Of a stretch of 64,000 bases of DNA, positions 17,936-27,435 are shown one piece after another (position 1 is the first letter of the stretch; each line of letters starts with the position of its first letter). This stretch comes from a candidate division FCPU426 bacterium (GTDB lineage Bacteria; Oederibacteriota; Muellerivitia; Muellerivitales; Muellerivitaceae): the NCBI GenBank assembly GCA_963719085.1, contig CAVRAL010000001.1, forward strand, positions 192,001 through 256,000, written 5' to 3'. The notes beneath the pieces were generated by a model, which worked only from the letters and a program-made list of their open reading frames with translations, was not told where the DNA came from and searched no databases. A program made the position numbers and the translations under genes.

Positions 17936-20076
17936 GTGCTTTTCAAACCATGACCCAGTCCGAAAAAAGGCTTTTTGGCGTCAAGCTCGTCATTCTTTTT
18001 TGCGCCCTCCTGGTGGAAGGCCGGTTGGTTTACCTGCAGGTCATCAAGCACGGCGAGTTCCGCGAGATGTCCGACCGGCAACAGTTCACCCCGCGGGATG
18101 TGCAGGCTTCCCGGGGATTGATTGAGGACCGCAATGAAAGCCCCTTGGCCGTGAATGTCGATCTTTTCAACGTCTGCGCCCATCCGGACCTCATTACGGA
18201 CAAAGCGGGAACCGCGCGGGTGCTTTCCCAGTGCCTGGGGATGCCTTATGGGGAGATCGCCGCCAAGTTGTCCCAGGATAAATCTTTCGTTTGGCTGGCC
18301 CGACAAGTGCCTTATGAGCGCTCCACCGCGGTGGAAAGCTTGAAGCTCCAAGGGGTCGAGGCTTTCCGGGAACAGCGCCGTTTTTATCCCGACCACGATA
18401 TGGCGTCCCACGTGGTGGGATTCGCCGGGATCGACAACCAGGGTTTGGACGGCTTGGAGCGCCTTTATGACACCTCGCTCAAGGGAAAAATCGGGAAGGT
18501 CGTGGCCGAGCGCGACGCGCGGGGACGGGTCGTGATCGAGGACAGCAAAAAAATCGCCGCCGGAACCGACGGGCTCAATATCGTCACCACCTTGGATAAA
18601 ACCATCCAGCACATCGCCCAAGTGGAACTGGAAAAAGCTTTCATCAAGTACAAGTGCAAAGCCGCCTCGATCATCGTCATGGACCCGCATACGGGCCAGC
18701 TTTTGGCCGTGGCCAATTACCCGAACTTCGACCCGAATGATTTTAAAAGCTATGGCAAGGAAATTTGGAGCGACCGGGCCGTGTGCGACTCGTTTGAGCC
18801 GGGCAGTACCTTCAAGTTGGTGACCATGGCGGGCGCCTTGGAAGAGGGCGTGGTGAACGAGGATGACAAATTTTTCTGCGAGAACGGGCATTTCCTCACC
18901 GACTACGGCCGGATCGTGACCGACCACGAGAAATTCGGATGGCTGACAGTCCGCGAGATATTCGGCTATTCCAGCAACATCGGCACCACCAAAGTGGCCA
19001 TGAAGCTGGGCAAGGATAAACTTTACGCTTACGCCAAACGTTTTGGTTTCGGCGATTTGAGCGGGGTGGACCTGCCCGGCGAGGCCACCGGGACGCTGCG
19101 GCCCGTGGATAAGTGGAGCGGAACTTCCATCACCACGATCCCTTATGGTTACGAGGTTTCCACCACGCCCATCCAAATTCTCGACGCTTACGCGGCCATC
19201 GCCAACGACGGCGTTTTGATGAAGCCCTATATCGTCCAGCGGATGGAAACCATCGACGGCCGGACGGTGAAAGAATTCGGACCCAAGAAGGTGCGCCGGG
19301 TTTGCTCGGATAAAACCGCCAAGCGCATGACCGACATGATGCGATGGGTGGTGCAAAACGGAACGGGCACCGCCGTGGCCCTGCCCAACTACGACATCGC
19401 GGGCAAAACGGGGACCGCCTACAAGTTTGTGGGCAAACAATATTCCAAATACAGCTATGTGTCGTCTTTCGTGGGCTTTGTCCCGGCTGAAAACCCCAAA
19501 TTCGCCATCTATGTCTCGCTGGACGATCCCCGGGGTATTTACTGGGGCGGCTATACGGCGGGTCCGGTGTTTAAAGAAGTGGCGAAGCGGGCCATGGCTT
19601 ATGACTTGATCCCGCCCTCGGGGGTGGACGCTCCCGCGGTGGCCGCAGCGCCGATCTCCAAAACCATGCCTTCGTTCGCGGGCCTGACTCCGGCCCAATG
19701 CCAATGGCTGGCGCAGGAGGCCGGTCTGAAATTACGGTTTTCGGGCAAGGGTGAAAGGGTGACGGATCAGTCGCTCAAGGCGGGCGTGAGCTTTTCCGAT
19801 CCCGCTCAAGAAAAGCTGGTCCTGACCTTGGGCGTCCCCGCGAACGCCGCGGCCCCGCAAGGCAACGGCGTGATGCCCGACCTTCGTGGAAAAACCAAGC
19901 GGCAGGCTTTGGCCTTGGTGGCGCCCTTGGGAATCACGGTGAACTTCCGGGGCCAAGGAATTGTCCAGAATCAGTTCCCGCTTCCGGGCCAATCCGTGGG
20001 CGCCGCCGGCCTTTGCGAGCTTAATTGCGACTTGCCGATGGCCGACTCCCAGGTTTCCGCGGGAGGCCATTCGTGA
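17932..20076 (+). CDS. ftsI: Class B penicillin-binding protein FtsI with C-terminal PASTA domains
   Basis: RGLIEDRN, RFYP, EPGSTFK (SxxK), SSN, KTGT; MPSFAG and MPDLRG PASTA starts; ATGA overlap with ftsL. Confidence 0.95.
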   Translation: MSAFQTMTQSEKRLFGVKLVILFCALLVEGRLVYLQVIKHGEFREMSDRQQFTPRDVQASRGLIEDRNESPLAVNVDLFNVCAHPDLITDKAGTARVLSQCLGMPYGEIAAKLSQDKSFVWLARQVPYERSTAVESLKLQGVEAFREQRRFYPDHDMASHVVGFAGIDNQGLDGLERLYDTSLKGKIGKVVAERDARGRVVIEDSKKIAAGTDGLNIVTTLDKTIQHIAQVELEKAFIKYKCKAASIIVMDPHTGQLLAVANYPNFDPNDFKSYGKEIWSDRAVCDSFEPGSTFKLVTMAGALEEGVVNEDDKFFCENGHFLTDYGRIVTDHEKFGWLTVREIFGYSSNIGTTKVAMKLGKDKLYAYAKRFGFGDLSGVDLPGEATGTLRPVDKWSGTSITTIPYGYEVSTTPIQILDAYAAIANDGVLMKPYIVQRMETIDGRTVKEFGPKKVRRVCSDKTAKRMTDMMRWVVQNGTGTAVALPNYDIAGKTGTAYKFVGKQYSKYSYVSSFVGFVPAENPKFAIYVSLDDPRGIYWGGYTAGPVFKEVAKRAMAYDLIPPSGVDAPAVAAAPISKTMPSFAGLTPAQCQWLAQEAGLKLRFSGKGERVTDQSLKAGVSFSDPAQEKLVLTLGVPANAAAPQGNGVMPDLRGKTKRQALALVAPLGITVNFRGQGIVQNQFPLPGQSVGAAGLCELNCDLPMADSQVSAGGHS

Positions 20077-21560
20077 GGCTTCAAGCCCTGCTGAAAATCC
20101 TGAAACCCAAGAAAGTTTCCTTGAAGGCCAATCCTGAAATCTCGGGAATCGCCGAGAATTCCAAACAAGTCAAGCTCGGGGAACTTTTCGTTTGTGTCGC
20201 CGGCGCTAAGCAGGACGGCCGGACTTTCGCGAAGGAAGCGGTCAAAAACGGCGCCGCCGCCTTGATCGTGGAAGGCGAGGCGATCCCGGAAATTTCGGTT
20301 CCCCAAGTATTGGTCAAGGACAGCCGGGAAGCGCTGGCCAAGGCCGCCCATTTTTATTACGGATTCCCGTCCCGTCAGGTGAAGGTCATTGGGGTCACGG
20401 GGACCAAGGGCAAGACCACCACGACTTATTTAATCCGTTCGATCTTGGATCAAGCGGGTTTTAAGACCGGGTTGGTGGGGACGATCGCCTACGAGATCGG
20501 CGGTAAAAAAGTGGAGGCGAGCAATACCACGCCCTCGGCTTTGACCCTGGTGAAACTGCTTCGGGAGATGGCGGAGGCGGGCTGCGCCTGGGCCGTGATG
20601 GAAGTGTCGTCGCACGCACTGGAAATGAAACGGGTATTGGGCATTGAGTTTGCCGGTGCCGTTTTCACTAATTTGGGACGCGACCATTTGGACTATCACA
20701 AGACCTTCGCCAATTATTTCAAGGCCAAAAGCCGCCTCTTTACCGAGTTCAAAACCGTAAAAGCCCGCGCGGTGAACGCCGACGACACTTATGGCAAAAA
20801 ACTTTTGACCCGCTTGAAATCAAAAGGAACGGGATACGGCGTGAAACAGAAATGCGCTTACCAGGCCTCGGAGGTCGAGCTGAAGCCCGGGCACCTTCGC
20901 TTCAGCGTGAAGGGCCAAGCTTTTGAGATCCCCATGACCGGTCTTTTCAATATTTATAACGCGCTGGCCGCCCTTTCGGTTTTGAAGGAACTGGGTTTTT
21001 CCTGGGCCGCGCTTCAAAAAGGGCTGGCCATGGCGCCTCCCGTGCCGGGCCGTTTTGAGCAGGTCAAGGGCGGACAGCCTTTCACTATTTTGGTGGATTA
21101 CGCCCATACGTCCGACGCCTTGGAGCAGGCCTTGACCGCGTGCCGCCAGCTGATGGAGGCGCCGGGGCAATTGGGACAGGGGCATCGATTGATTTCGGTT
21201 TTTGGCTGCGGCGGGGACCGGGATAAGACCAAAAGGCCCTTGATGGGGGAGATCTCAAGCCGCTTGGCGGACCTGACCGTCATCACATCGGACAATCCCC
21301 GCACGGAAAAACCGCGGGTCATTTTGGATGACATTCTTCGAGGCATCCCGGCCCAGTCCATTCAAAACGGCCACCGCCGGGTTTGGGTGGAAGAGGACCG
21401 GGGTAAGGCCATCCGCTTGGCCCTGTCCATGGCGAAGGCCGGCGATGTGGTCTTGATCGCGGGAAAAGGCCATGAGACTTACCAGATCATCGGGGAAAAC
21501 AAACAGCATTTCGATGACCGGGAAGAAGCGCTCCAAGCGTTGAAAGAGATGTCCAAGTGA
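20073..21560 (+). CDS. murE: UDP-MurNAc-tripeptide synthetase MurE (mDAP-type)
   Basis: GVTGTKGKTT, MEVSSH, DHLDYH, VDYAHT, GCGGDRD, DNPR, GKGHE; GTGA overlap with ftsI. Confidence 0.96.
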   Translation: MRLQALLKILKPKKVSLKANPEISGIAENSKQVKLGELFVCVAGAKQDGRTFAKEAVKNGAAALIVEGEAIPEISVPQVLVKDSREALAKAAHFYYGFPSRQVKVIGVTGTKGKTTTTYLIRSILDQAGFKTGLVGTIAYEIGGKKVEASNTTPSALTLVKLLREMAEAGCAWAVMEVSSHALEMKRVLGIEFAGAVFTNLGRDHLDYHKTFANYFKAKSRLFTEFKTVKARAVNADDTYGKKLLTRLKSKGTGYGVKQKCAYQASEVELKPGHLRFSVKGQAFEIPMTGLFNIYNALAALSVLKELGFSWAALQKGLAMAPPVPGRFEQVKGGQPFTILVDYAHTSDALEQALTACRQLMEAPGQLGQGHRLISVFGCGGDRDKTKRPLMGEISSRLADLTVITSDNPRTEKPRVILDDILRGIPAQSIQNGHRRVWVEEDRGKAIRLALSMAKAGDVVLIAGKGHETYQIIGENKQHFDDREEALQALKEMSK

Positions 21561-21640
21561 GCCCCGAGGCCAGGGAGATCCAGAGAACCACGCTTATTCC
21601 AACGCCTATCTCTGGATCTCCGTGTTCTCGGACAAGCCGA

Positions 21641-21721
21641 TTTACCGCGAAGCCGCGAAGCCGCAAAGAAAAAATGATTTTATTCTCATTTGTTCTTGGC
21701 GTCTTGGCGTCTTGGCGGTGA
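21641..21721. repeat. Palindromic tandem-unit element, CCAAG/CTTGG family (murE|murF)
   Basis: accgcgaagccgcgaagccgcaaag ... cttggcgtcttggcgtcttggcggtga. Confidence 0.8.
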
Positions 21722-21729
21722 GGGGTTCC

Positions 21730-23073
21730 GTGCTTCCCTGGACTTTGCGGGAGACGGCGGCTTTGGTGAATGGCCGGATCGTGGAAGGGAAAAACGATTT
21801 AGTGGTGACGGGGGTTTGCCACGACACCCGCGCCGTTCAAAAAGGATTCCTGTTCACGGCGATTCGGGGGGCTCGGCTCGATGGGCACCGGTTTTTAGCC
21901 GAGGCGAAACGAAAAGGCGCGGTGGCGGCGCTGGTCTCGCGCTTTGTCGCGGGAGTGAAACTGCCCCAAATTTTGGCGCCGGAGACCACGGCGGCCTTGG
22001 GCGAATTAGGCCGGACCCAGCGCCTGCAATGGGGGGGGCCGGTGGTGGCGGTGACGGGCAGCGTGGGGAAAACCACGGTGAAAGATTTGACGGCCCACTT
22101 GTTGGGCGGAAAGTTTAAGACGCTCAAGACCCAGGGCAACCTGAACAATCAGTTCGGCCTGCCCTTGAGTTTGCTGAAGCTGACGGCGGCCCACGAGGCG
22201 GCCGTGGTGGAGTTGGGGATCAACCATCCGGGCGAGATGGAATGGCTGTCGGAGATCGCCCGGCCGGATACGGCGGTGGTGACGGCGATTGGGGAAGCCC
22301 ATCTGGGTTTCTTTAAGGGGAAGAAGCAGCTGGCCGAGGAAAAATTGAAGATCGCCTCGCATTTGAGGCAGGGGGGGAGTGTCGTGCTAAACGCCGAGGA
22401 CGACTACTTGAAAAAGAATTTGGAGAACAAAAAAAGTTTCGGCTTGCGCCAGGGCGATGTCCGGGCCTGGGGCCTCAAACTTTTGGGGCTTAAGACCCAA
22501 TTCACCCTTTGGGCGGAGGGCCGCGCCTTCCGAACCAGCCTGGCCATGCTGGGCGAGCACAATGTTCAAAACGCCTTGGCGGCCACCACGGCGGCCATGA
22601 CCCTGGGGGTTTCGGCCGAGGAATGCGCGAAACGCCTCAGCACGTTTAGGGTAGAGGCCCCCATGCGGATGGAATTGAAAAAGCGCGACGGAATTCTATT
22701 TATTAATGACGCTTATAACGCCTCGCCCACCTCCATGGTGGCGGCTTTGGCGGCCTTTGAGCGGGTTCCGGCCAAGGGGTATAAGTACGCGGTTTTAGGG
22801 GACATGTTGGAATTGGGCGATTATTCCCTCGGCGCCCACGCGCAGATTTTGCGCTTGGCCCTGATGGAGCCTTTGGATGGACTCATTTTGGTCGGCGACG
22901 GGATGGGCGAAGCCTTGGATCACACGGCGATCCGGAAAAATTTCAGGATCTGGCATTTTCCCTCGGCGGGCCTGACCGGTAAATTTTTGAGGCGCAAATT
23001 GGTGAAGGGTGACGCGGTGTTGCTCAAGGGTTCCCGGGGCATGGCCCTGGAAAAGGTGTTGGACGCGTTTTAA
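21730..23073 (+). CDS. murF: UDP-MurNAc-pentapeptide synthetase MurF
   Basis: DTR, DGH, VTGSVGKTT, NLNNQFGLP, ELGINHPGE, NDAYNASP, GDMLELG, KGSRGM. Start reassigned to GTG 21730 after SD GAGGGG. Confidence 0.95.
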   Translation: MLPWTLRETAALVNGRIVEGKNDLVVTGVCHDTRAVQKGFLFTAIRGARLDGHRFLAEAKRKGAVAALVSRFVAGVKLPQILAPETTAALGELGRTQRLQWGGPVVAVTGSVGKTTVKDLTAHLLGGKFKTLKTQGNLNNQFGLPLSLLKLTAAHEAAVVELGINHPGEMEWLSEIARPDTAVVTAIGEAHLGFFKGKKQLAEEKLKIASHLRQGGSVVLNAEDDYLKKNLENKKSFGLRQGDVRAWGLKLLGLKTQFTLWAEGRAFRTSLAMLGEHNVQNALAATTAAMTLGVSAEECAKRLSTFRVEAPMRMELKKRDGILFINDAYNASPTSMVAALAAFERVPAKGYKYAVLGDMLELGDYSLGAHAQILRLALMEPLDGLILVGDGMGEALDHTAIRKNFRIWHFPSAGLTGKFLRRKLVKGDAVLLKGSRGMALEKVLDAF

Positions 23074-23088
23074 AAAAAGAGAGGTAAT

Positions 23089-23180
23089 TTTTACCACCAA
23101 GGCACCAAGACGCCAAGGAGGCTTAAGGAAAAAATCCTCAGGTTTTCAAATCTTTGATTTCTTGGTGTCTTGGTGGTGAG
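23089..23180. repeat. CCAAG/CTTGG palindromic element (murF|mraY)
   Basis: ttttaccaccaaggcaccaagacgccaag ... cttggtgtcttggtggtgag. Confidence 0.85.
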
Positions 23181-23222
23181 AGAGATTGAGACTTAGCTTA
23201 AGAAACGATCGGAGATCGAAAA

Positions 23223-24311
23223 GTGCTTTACCACTTGTTATATCCGCTGGCGGATAAATTTATCGGGTTCAACGTTTTTCGCTATGTGACCTTCCGCAGC
23301 GTTTACGCCGCCATCACGGCTTTTGGCTTGTGCCTGCTTTTGGGCGGCGCGGTCATCGCCCGCATGCGGGCCGCCCAGTTGGGCGAAAAGATCCGCCACG
23401 ACGGGCCGGCCAGTCATTCCGCGAAGGCGGGTACGCCCACCATGGGCGGGGTTCTTATTCTTTTGACGCTTCTCATCAGCGCGCTGCTTTGGGTTCGGTG
23501 GGACTCCAAGTTTTTGTGGTTGGGGGTTTTTTCACTGGTTTGGTTCGGCCTGGTCGGGTTCGTCGATGACTACTCAAAACTCGTCGGCAAGGGAAAAAGC
23601 CGGGGAATGTCCAGCGCCACCAAGCTTGTTTTGCAGACCGTGGGCGCCGCCATCGTGGTGGCCCTTTATATGTGGGCCCTGCCCGATGATTTCGCGCTTC
23701 GCACCTCCATCACCCTGCCTTTCATCAAGGTGCCGGTGGACCTGGGGATGTTTTACCCCTTTTTCGCCGTGCTCGTCATCGTGGGCGCTTCCAACTCGGT
23801 CAACCTCACCGACGGGCTCGATGGATTGGCCATCGGCTGTTCCACCTTTACGGCCATGGCTTTTGTGGTCATCACCTACGTGTCGGGCAATATCAAGTTC
23901 AGCGAGTATCTCAAAATCATCAGCGTGCCCGGCACGGGTGAGCTGACGGTCATGTGCGCGGCGCTGGTCGGGGCGGGGCTGGGGTTTCTTTGGTTCAACG
24001 CGCATCCGGCCCAGATCTTCATGGGCGACACGGGTTCGTTGGCCCTGGGCGGTCTTTTGGGCACCATCGCGGTGATGGTCAAGCAGGAGCTTTTGCTGGT
24101 GATCGTGGGCGGCATTTTCGTGGTGGAGGCCCTGTCGGTCATTATCCAGGTCACGTCTTATAAATTCAGCGGCAAGCGCGTCTTCAAGATGGCGCCCCTG
24201 CACCACCATTTTGAGCTGTCGGGCGTCCCGGAATCCAAACTCATCGTCCGATTTTGGATCGTGGCCATTATTTTGACATTGCTGACACTGTCGACGCTGA
24301 AACTGCGTTAA
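23223..24311 (+). CDS. mraY: Phospho-MurNAc-pentapeptide transferase MraY
   Basis: GTPTMGG, DDY, NSVNLTDGLDGLA, FMGDTGS, MAPLHHHFE. Confidence 0.97.
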   Translation: MLYHLLYPLADKFIGFNVFRYVTFRSVYAAITAFGLCLLLGGAVIARMRAAQLGEKIRHDGPASHSAKAGTPTMGGVLILLTLLISALLWVRWDSKFLWLGVFSLVWFGLVGFVDDYSKLVGKGKSRGMSSATKLVLQTVGAAIVVALYMWALPDDFALRTSITLPFIKVPVDLGMFYPFFAVLVIVGASNSVNLTDGLDGLAIGCSTFTAMAFVVITYVSGNIKFSEYLKIISVPGTGELTVMCAALVGAGLGFLWFNAHPAQIFMGDTGSLALGGLLGTIAVMVKQELLLVIVGGIFVVEALSVIIQVTSYKFSGKRVFKMAPLHHHFELSGVPESKLIVRFWIVAIILTLLTLSTLKLR

Positions 24312-24328
24312 GAGGAAAAAATGATGGA

Positions 24329-24447
24329 AACCAACACAAAAAGCCAACGCCAAGACGCAAAGGAAAGCGAAAGATATGTTTGAAAAACATTCTCGTTTTG
24401 CCCTTCTTGGCGTCTTGGCGTCTTGGCGTTGGTCGTTTGTGTTGGTT
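24329..24447. repeat. CCAAG/CTTGG palindromic element with extended outer stem (mraY|murD)
   Basis: aaccaacacaaa..ccaacgccaagacgc ... gcgtcttggcgttgg..tttgtgttggtt. Confidence 0.85.
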
Positions 24448-24470
24448 CTGACTTTGGAAGGGGTCGCGAA

Positions 24471-25847
24471 GTGATCTATGTCCATAACAAACAAGTGGCG
24501 GTGATCGGCTTGGGCCGCTCGGGACTGGCTGCGGCGCGTCTTTTGTCCGTGCGGGGCGCCCAAGTGGTGGTCCTGGACGAGAAGACGCCGGAAAAGCTAG
24601 GTTCCTGGATCGACAAGGCCAAGGACCTGCCGATCCGTTTGTCGTTGGGGAAAATGGACTTGACGCTCCTTTTGTCCTCGGATTTGATCGTCACCTCGCC
24701 CGGGGTGCCTTTTGACCATCCGGCCTTGGAACAGGCCCGGGACAAGGGAATCCGGGTGATCGGGGAGCTGGAATTGGCTTACGGTTATTGCCCGGCGCAA
24801 GTCGCCGCCATCACGGGCACCAACGGCAAAACCACCACCACGGCCCTGACGGCCGCCATGATCGCGGCTTCCGGCAAAAAAGCCATCGCTTGCGGGAATA
24901 TCGGCCGGGCTTTCGCCGAGGCGGTCTTTGAGCTTTCGGCTGAGGATTGGGCGGTCTTGGAAGTTTCCAGTTTTCAATTGGAGACCATTGAGACTTTCAG
25001 GCCCAACTTGGCGGCGATTTTAAACGTCACTCCGGATCATTTGGACCGGCATGGCAGCATGCAGGCTTATGTCGAGATGAAGTCCCGGATTTTCGAGAAC
25101 CAAAAACCCGAGGACGCGGCGGTCTTAAATGTGGGCGACAAATACACCCCCATCTTCGCGGGGCTTTTAAAAAGCCGGCTGCACTTCTTCGGTTTCGCCG
25201 AGAAGGCCAAGGATTTGGGCCGTCCGGGCTGTTACGTGGTGGGAAATCAATTGGAACTTTTAGGGCGTCCCTTGTTGAAGTCCGCCGATTTAAAAATTCC
25301 GGGGCCCCATAATTTAGAAAACGCCTGCGCGGCGGCGATGCTGGCCTCGCTGGCGGGTGTTTCGGATTCGGACATCGCCCGGGCTTTGGCGGAATTTAAC
25401 GGGGTGGAGCACCGGTTGGAAAAGGCCGGCGTGATCGAGGGCGTGAGTTTTATCAACGACTCCAAGGGAACCAACGTGGATTCGGTCTTGAAGGCGCTGG
25501 AAAGTTTCGAGCGCCCGATCGTTCTTATCCTGGGCGGCCGGGACAAGGCCGGGGACTTTAGGACCTTGGCTCCTTTGGTAAAGGAAAAAGTGACCCGGGT
25601 GGTGGCCTTCGGGGAATGCAAAGCCAAGGTGGTTCAACAGCTTTCATCCACGGCCACCGTGGTGGAAGCCGAAACCTTGGAAGAGGTGGTGAATGGGGCT
25701 TTCGCGGCCAGTGAAAAGGGGGGCACGGTGCTTTTTTCCCCGGGCTGCGCCAGCTTTGACATGTTTCAGAATTACGAGGATCGGGGCCGTCAGTTTAAGG
25801 ATTTGGTTTTGAAGTTGGCTTTAGCCAAGTCCACGGCTAAGGCTTAA
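24471..25847 (+). CDS. murD: UDP-MurNAc-L-Ala:D-Glu ligase MurD
   Basis: GLGRSG, SPGV, ITGTNGKTTT, GNIG, EVSSFQL, DHLDRH, NDSKGTN, SPGCASFD. Start reassigned to GTG 24471. Confidence 0.96.
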   Translation: MIYVHNKQVAVIGLGRSGLAAARLLSVRGAQVVVLDEKTPEKLGSWIDKAKDLPIRLSLGKMDLTLLLSSDLIVTSPGVPFDHPALEQARDKGIRVIGELELAYGYCPAQVAAITGTNGKTTTTALTAAMIAASGKKAIACGNIGRAFAEAVFELSAEDWAVLEVSSFQLETIETFRPNLAAILNVTPDHLDRHGSMQAYVEMKSRIFENQKPEDAAVLNVGDKYTPIFAGLLKSRLHFFGFAEKAKDLGRPGCYVVGNQLELLGRPLLKSADLKIPGPHNLENACAAAMLASLAGVSDSDIARALAEFNGVEHRLEKAGVIEGVSFINDSKGTNVDSVLKALESFERPIVLILGGRDKAGDFRTLAPLVKEKVTRVVAFGECKAKVVQQLSSTATVVEAETLEEVVNGAFAASEKGGTVLFSPGCASFDMFQNYEDRGRQFKDLVLKLALAKSTAKA

Positions 25848-25856
25848 GAAAATAAG

Positions 25857-25956
25857 TTTTACCGCCAAGGCGCCAAGGACGCCAAGGACGGAAAAACAAA
25901 AAGATATTTTGAAGGGGTTCGACTTTCTTGGCGAACTTGGCGTCTTGGCGGTGAAA
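25857..25956. repeat. CCAAG/CTTGG palindromic element (murD|ftsW)
   Basis: ttttaccgccaaggcgccaaggacgccaag ... cttggcgaacttggcgtcttggcggtgaaa. Confidence 0.88.
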
Positions 25957-26270
25957 TAGTTTTGGCTGAATTTTAGGTTTTAAAGGGAGTCATTTTTACA
26001 TTCGGATTCTAAGACTACGCCTTCTACGCCACTCAACACCTACTACACCTGGCTTGGAATCCGAATGAAAGAATGACAGCCAAAAAAAGAAGTTAAAAAG
26101 TCATTCTGTAACAACCCCTGAAGCCGGGGGATTCAGGGGTTTATGAAAAGATGAATCCTATTTATTAGGGAATCATCTTTGGGCGCCATTGGAAGCTGTC
26201 CCTTCAAATGGCCATGGGGGACGACCTCCTTGTTATTGGCGGTCCGAAGTCGGTTTTATAGAAGTTATTT

Positions 26271-27431
26271 TTGGAGGCAGTTTTGAATTTTAAGACTCGA
26301 CAATTGGAATCGCCGGATTTTCTGCTTTTCCTGATCACCCTGATTCTCACGACTTCGGGACTGATCATGGTCTATAGCGCGTCGGCCATTTTGGCCCACG
26401 ATGAGTACGGCAATTCTTACTATTTCTTCGGCCGCCAACTCCTTTGGATTTTGGTGGGAAGCGCCGCGGCTTGGGTCGTCAGCCGGGTCGATTTGGAAAC
26501 CTTCCGGAGCCTGGCCATACCGGCCCTTTTGGTTGGGTTTTTCCTCATGGCCCTGGTTTGCGTGCCGGGCATCGGCCGCACCGTGGGCGGAGCCCAGCGC
26601 TGGTTTCGCTTGGGCCCCCTTTCGTTCCAGCCTTCCGAAGTCATGAAAATCATCCTGATCTTTTACCTGGCGGATTCCTTGGACCGGCGCCGGCATCTTT
26701 TGGTCAACTTTTCCGGGCTCATGCCCTACCTGGTTATTTTGGGGATCACCATGGTCTTTTTGGAAAAACAACATGACTTCGGGACGGCCGTACTCCTGGC
26801 TTTGGTCACCATCCTGATGCTCTTTTTGGCCGGCATGCCCTGGGGTTATTTCGTGATCCCGGTTTCCATCCTGATCCCGGTTTTTATCTTCCTGGTGGAA
26901 TCGGCCAGCTACCGCATGCGCCGCATCACGGCCTTTTTGAATCCTTGGGACGACCCGCAAGGCGCCGGATTCCAGCTGATTCAAAGCTTGATCGCGGTGG
27001 GCTCGGGCGGGCCCTTCGGCGTGGGACTTTCCAACAGCTCCCAAAAGCTTTTTTACCTGCCGGCTCCGCACACGGATTTTATCTTCGCCATCATCTGCGA
27101 AGAGCTGGGATTGGTGGGGGCGGGGGCTTTGGTGGCCTTCTTCGCTTTTTTCATCCTGCGGGGATTCAAGGTGGCCGAAACCGTAGGGGCCCGCCAGGGC
27201 GGTTTTTTCGCGTTCCTTTTGGCTTCGGGCATTACGGCTTTGATCGGCTTCCAGGCCATCGTGAACTTGGGCGTGGTGACCGGGCTTTTGCCCACCAAGG
27301 GAATTCCCTTGCCGCTGATTTCGTACGGCGGATCGTCCATGGTCTTCACCCTGGTCTCCATCGGCATTCTTTTCAACATTTCCCGGGGGGTGAAGCTGCA
27401 TTTCCCCTTCAGCGGAAAAAGGACGGTTTGA
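26271..27431 (+). CDS. ftsW: SEDS peptidoglycan polymerase FtsW
   Basis: MVYSAS, GAQRW, FQPSE, DFG, LPAPHTDFIF, PTKGIPLPLISYGGSS. Confidence 0.96.
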   Translation: MEAVLNFKTRQLESPDFLLFLITLILTTSGLIMVYSASAILAHDEYGNSYYFFGRQLLWILVGSAAAWVVSRVDLETFRSLAIPALLVGFFLMALVCVPGIGRTVGGAQRWFRLGPLSFQPSEVMKIILIFYLADSLDRRRHLLVNFSGLMPYLVILGITMVFLEKQHDFGTAVLLALVTILMLFLAGMPWGYFVIPVSILIPVFIFLVESASYRMRRITAFLNPWDDPQGAGFQLIQSLIAVGSGGPFGVGLSNSSQKLFYLPAPHTDFIFAIICEELGLVGAGALVAFFAFFILRGFKVAETVGARQGGFFAFLLASGITALIGFQAIVNLGVVTGLLPTKGIPLPLISYGGSSMVFTLVSIGILFNISRGVKLHFPFSGKRTV

Positions 27432-27435
27432 GGAT

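Noticed and set aside
23087..23179. Bridging mini-ORF across the murF|mraY element
   Set aside because: An open frame follows a GAGGT SD-like motif, but only an ATT start is available and it stops well before mraY, so it was not counted.
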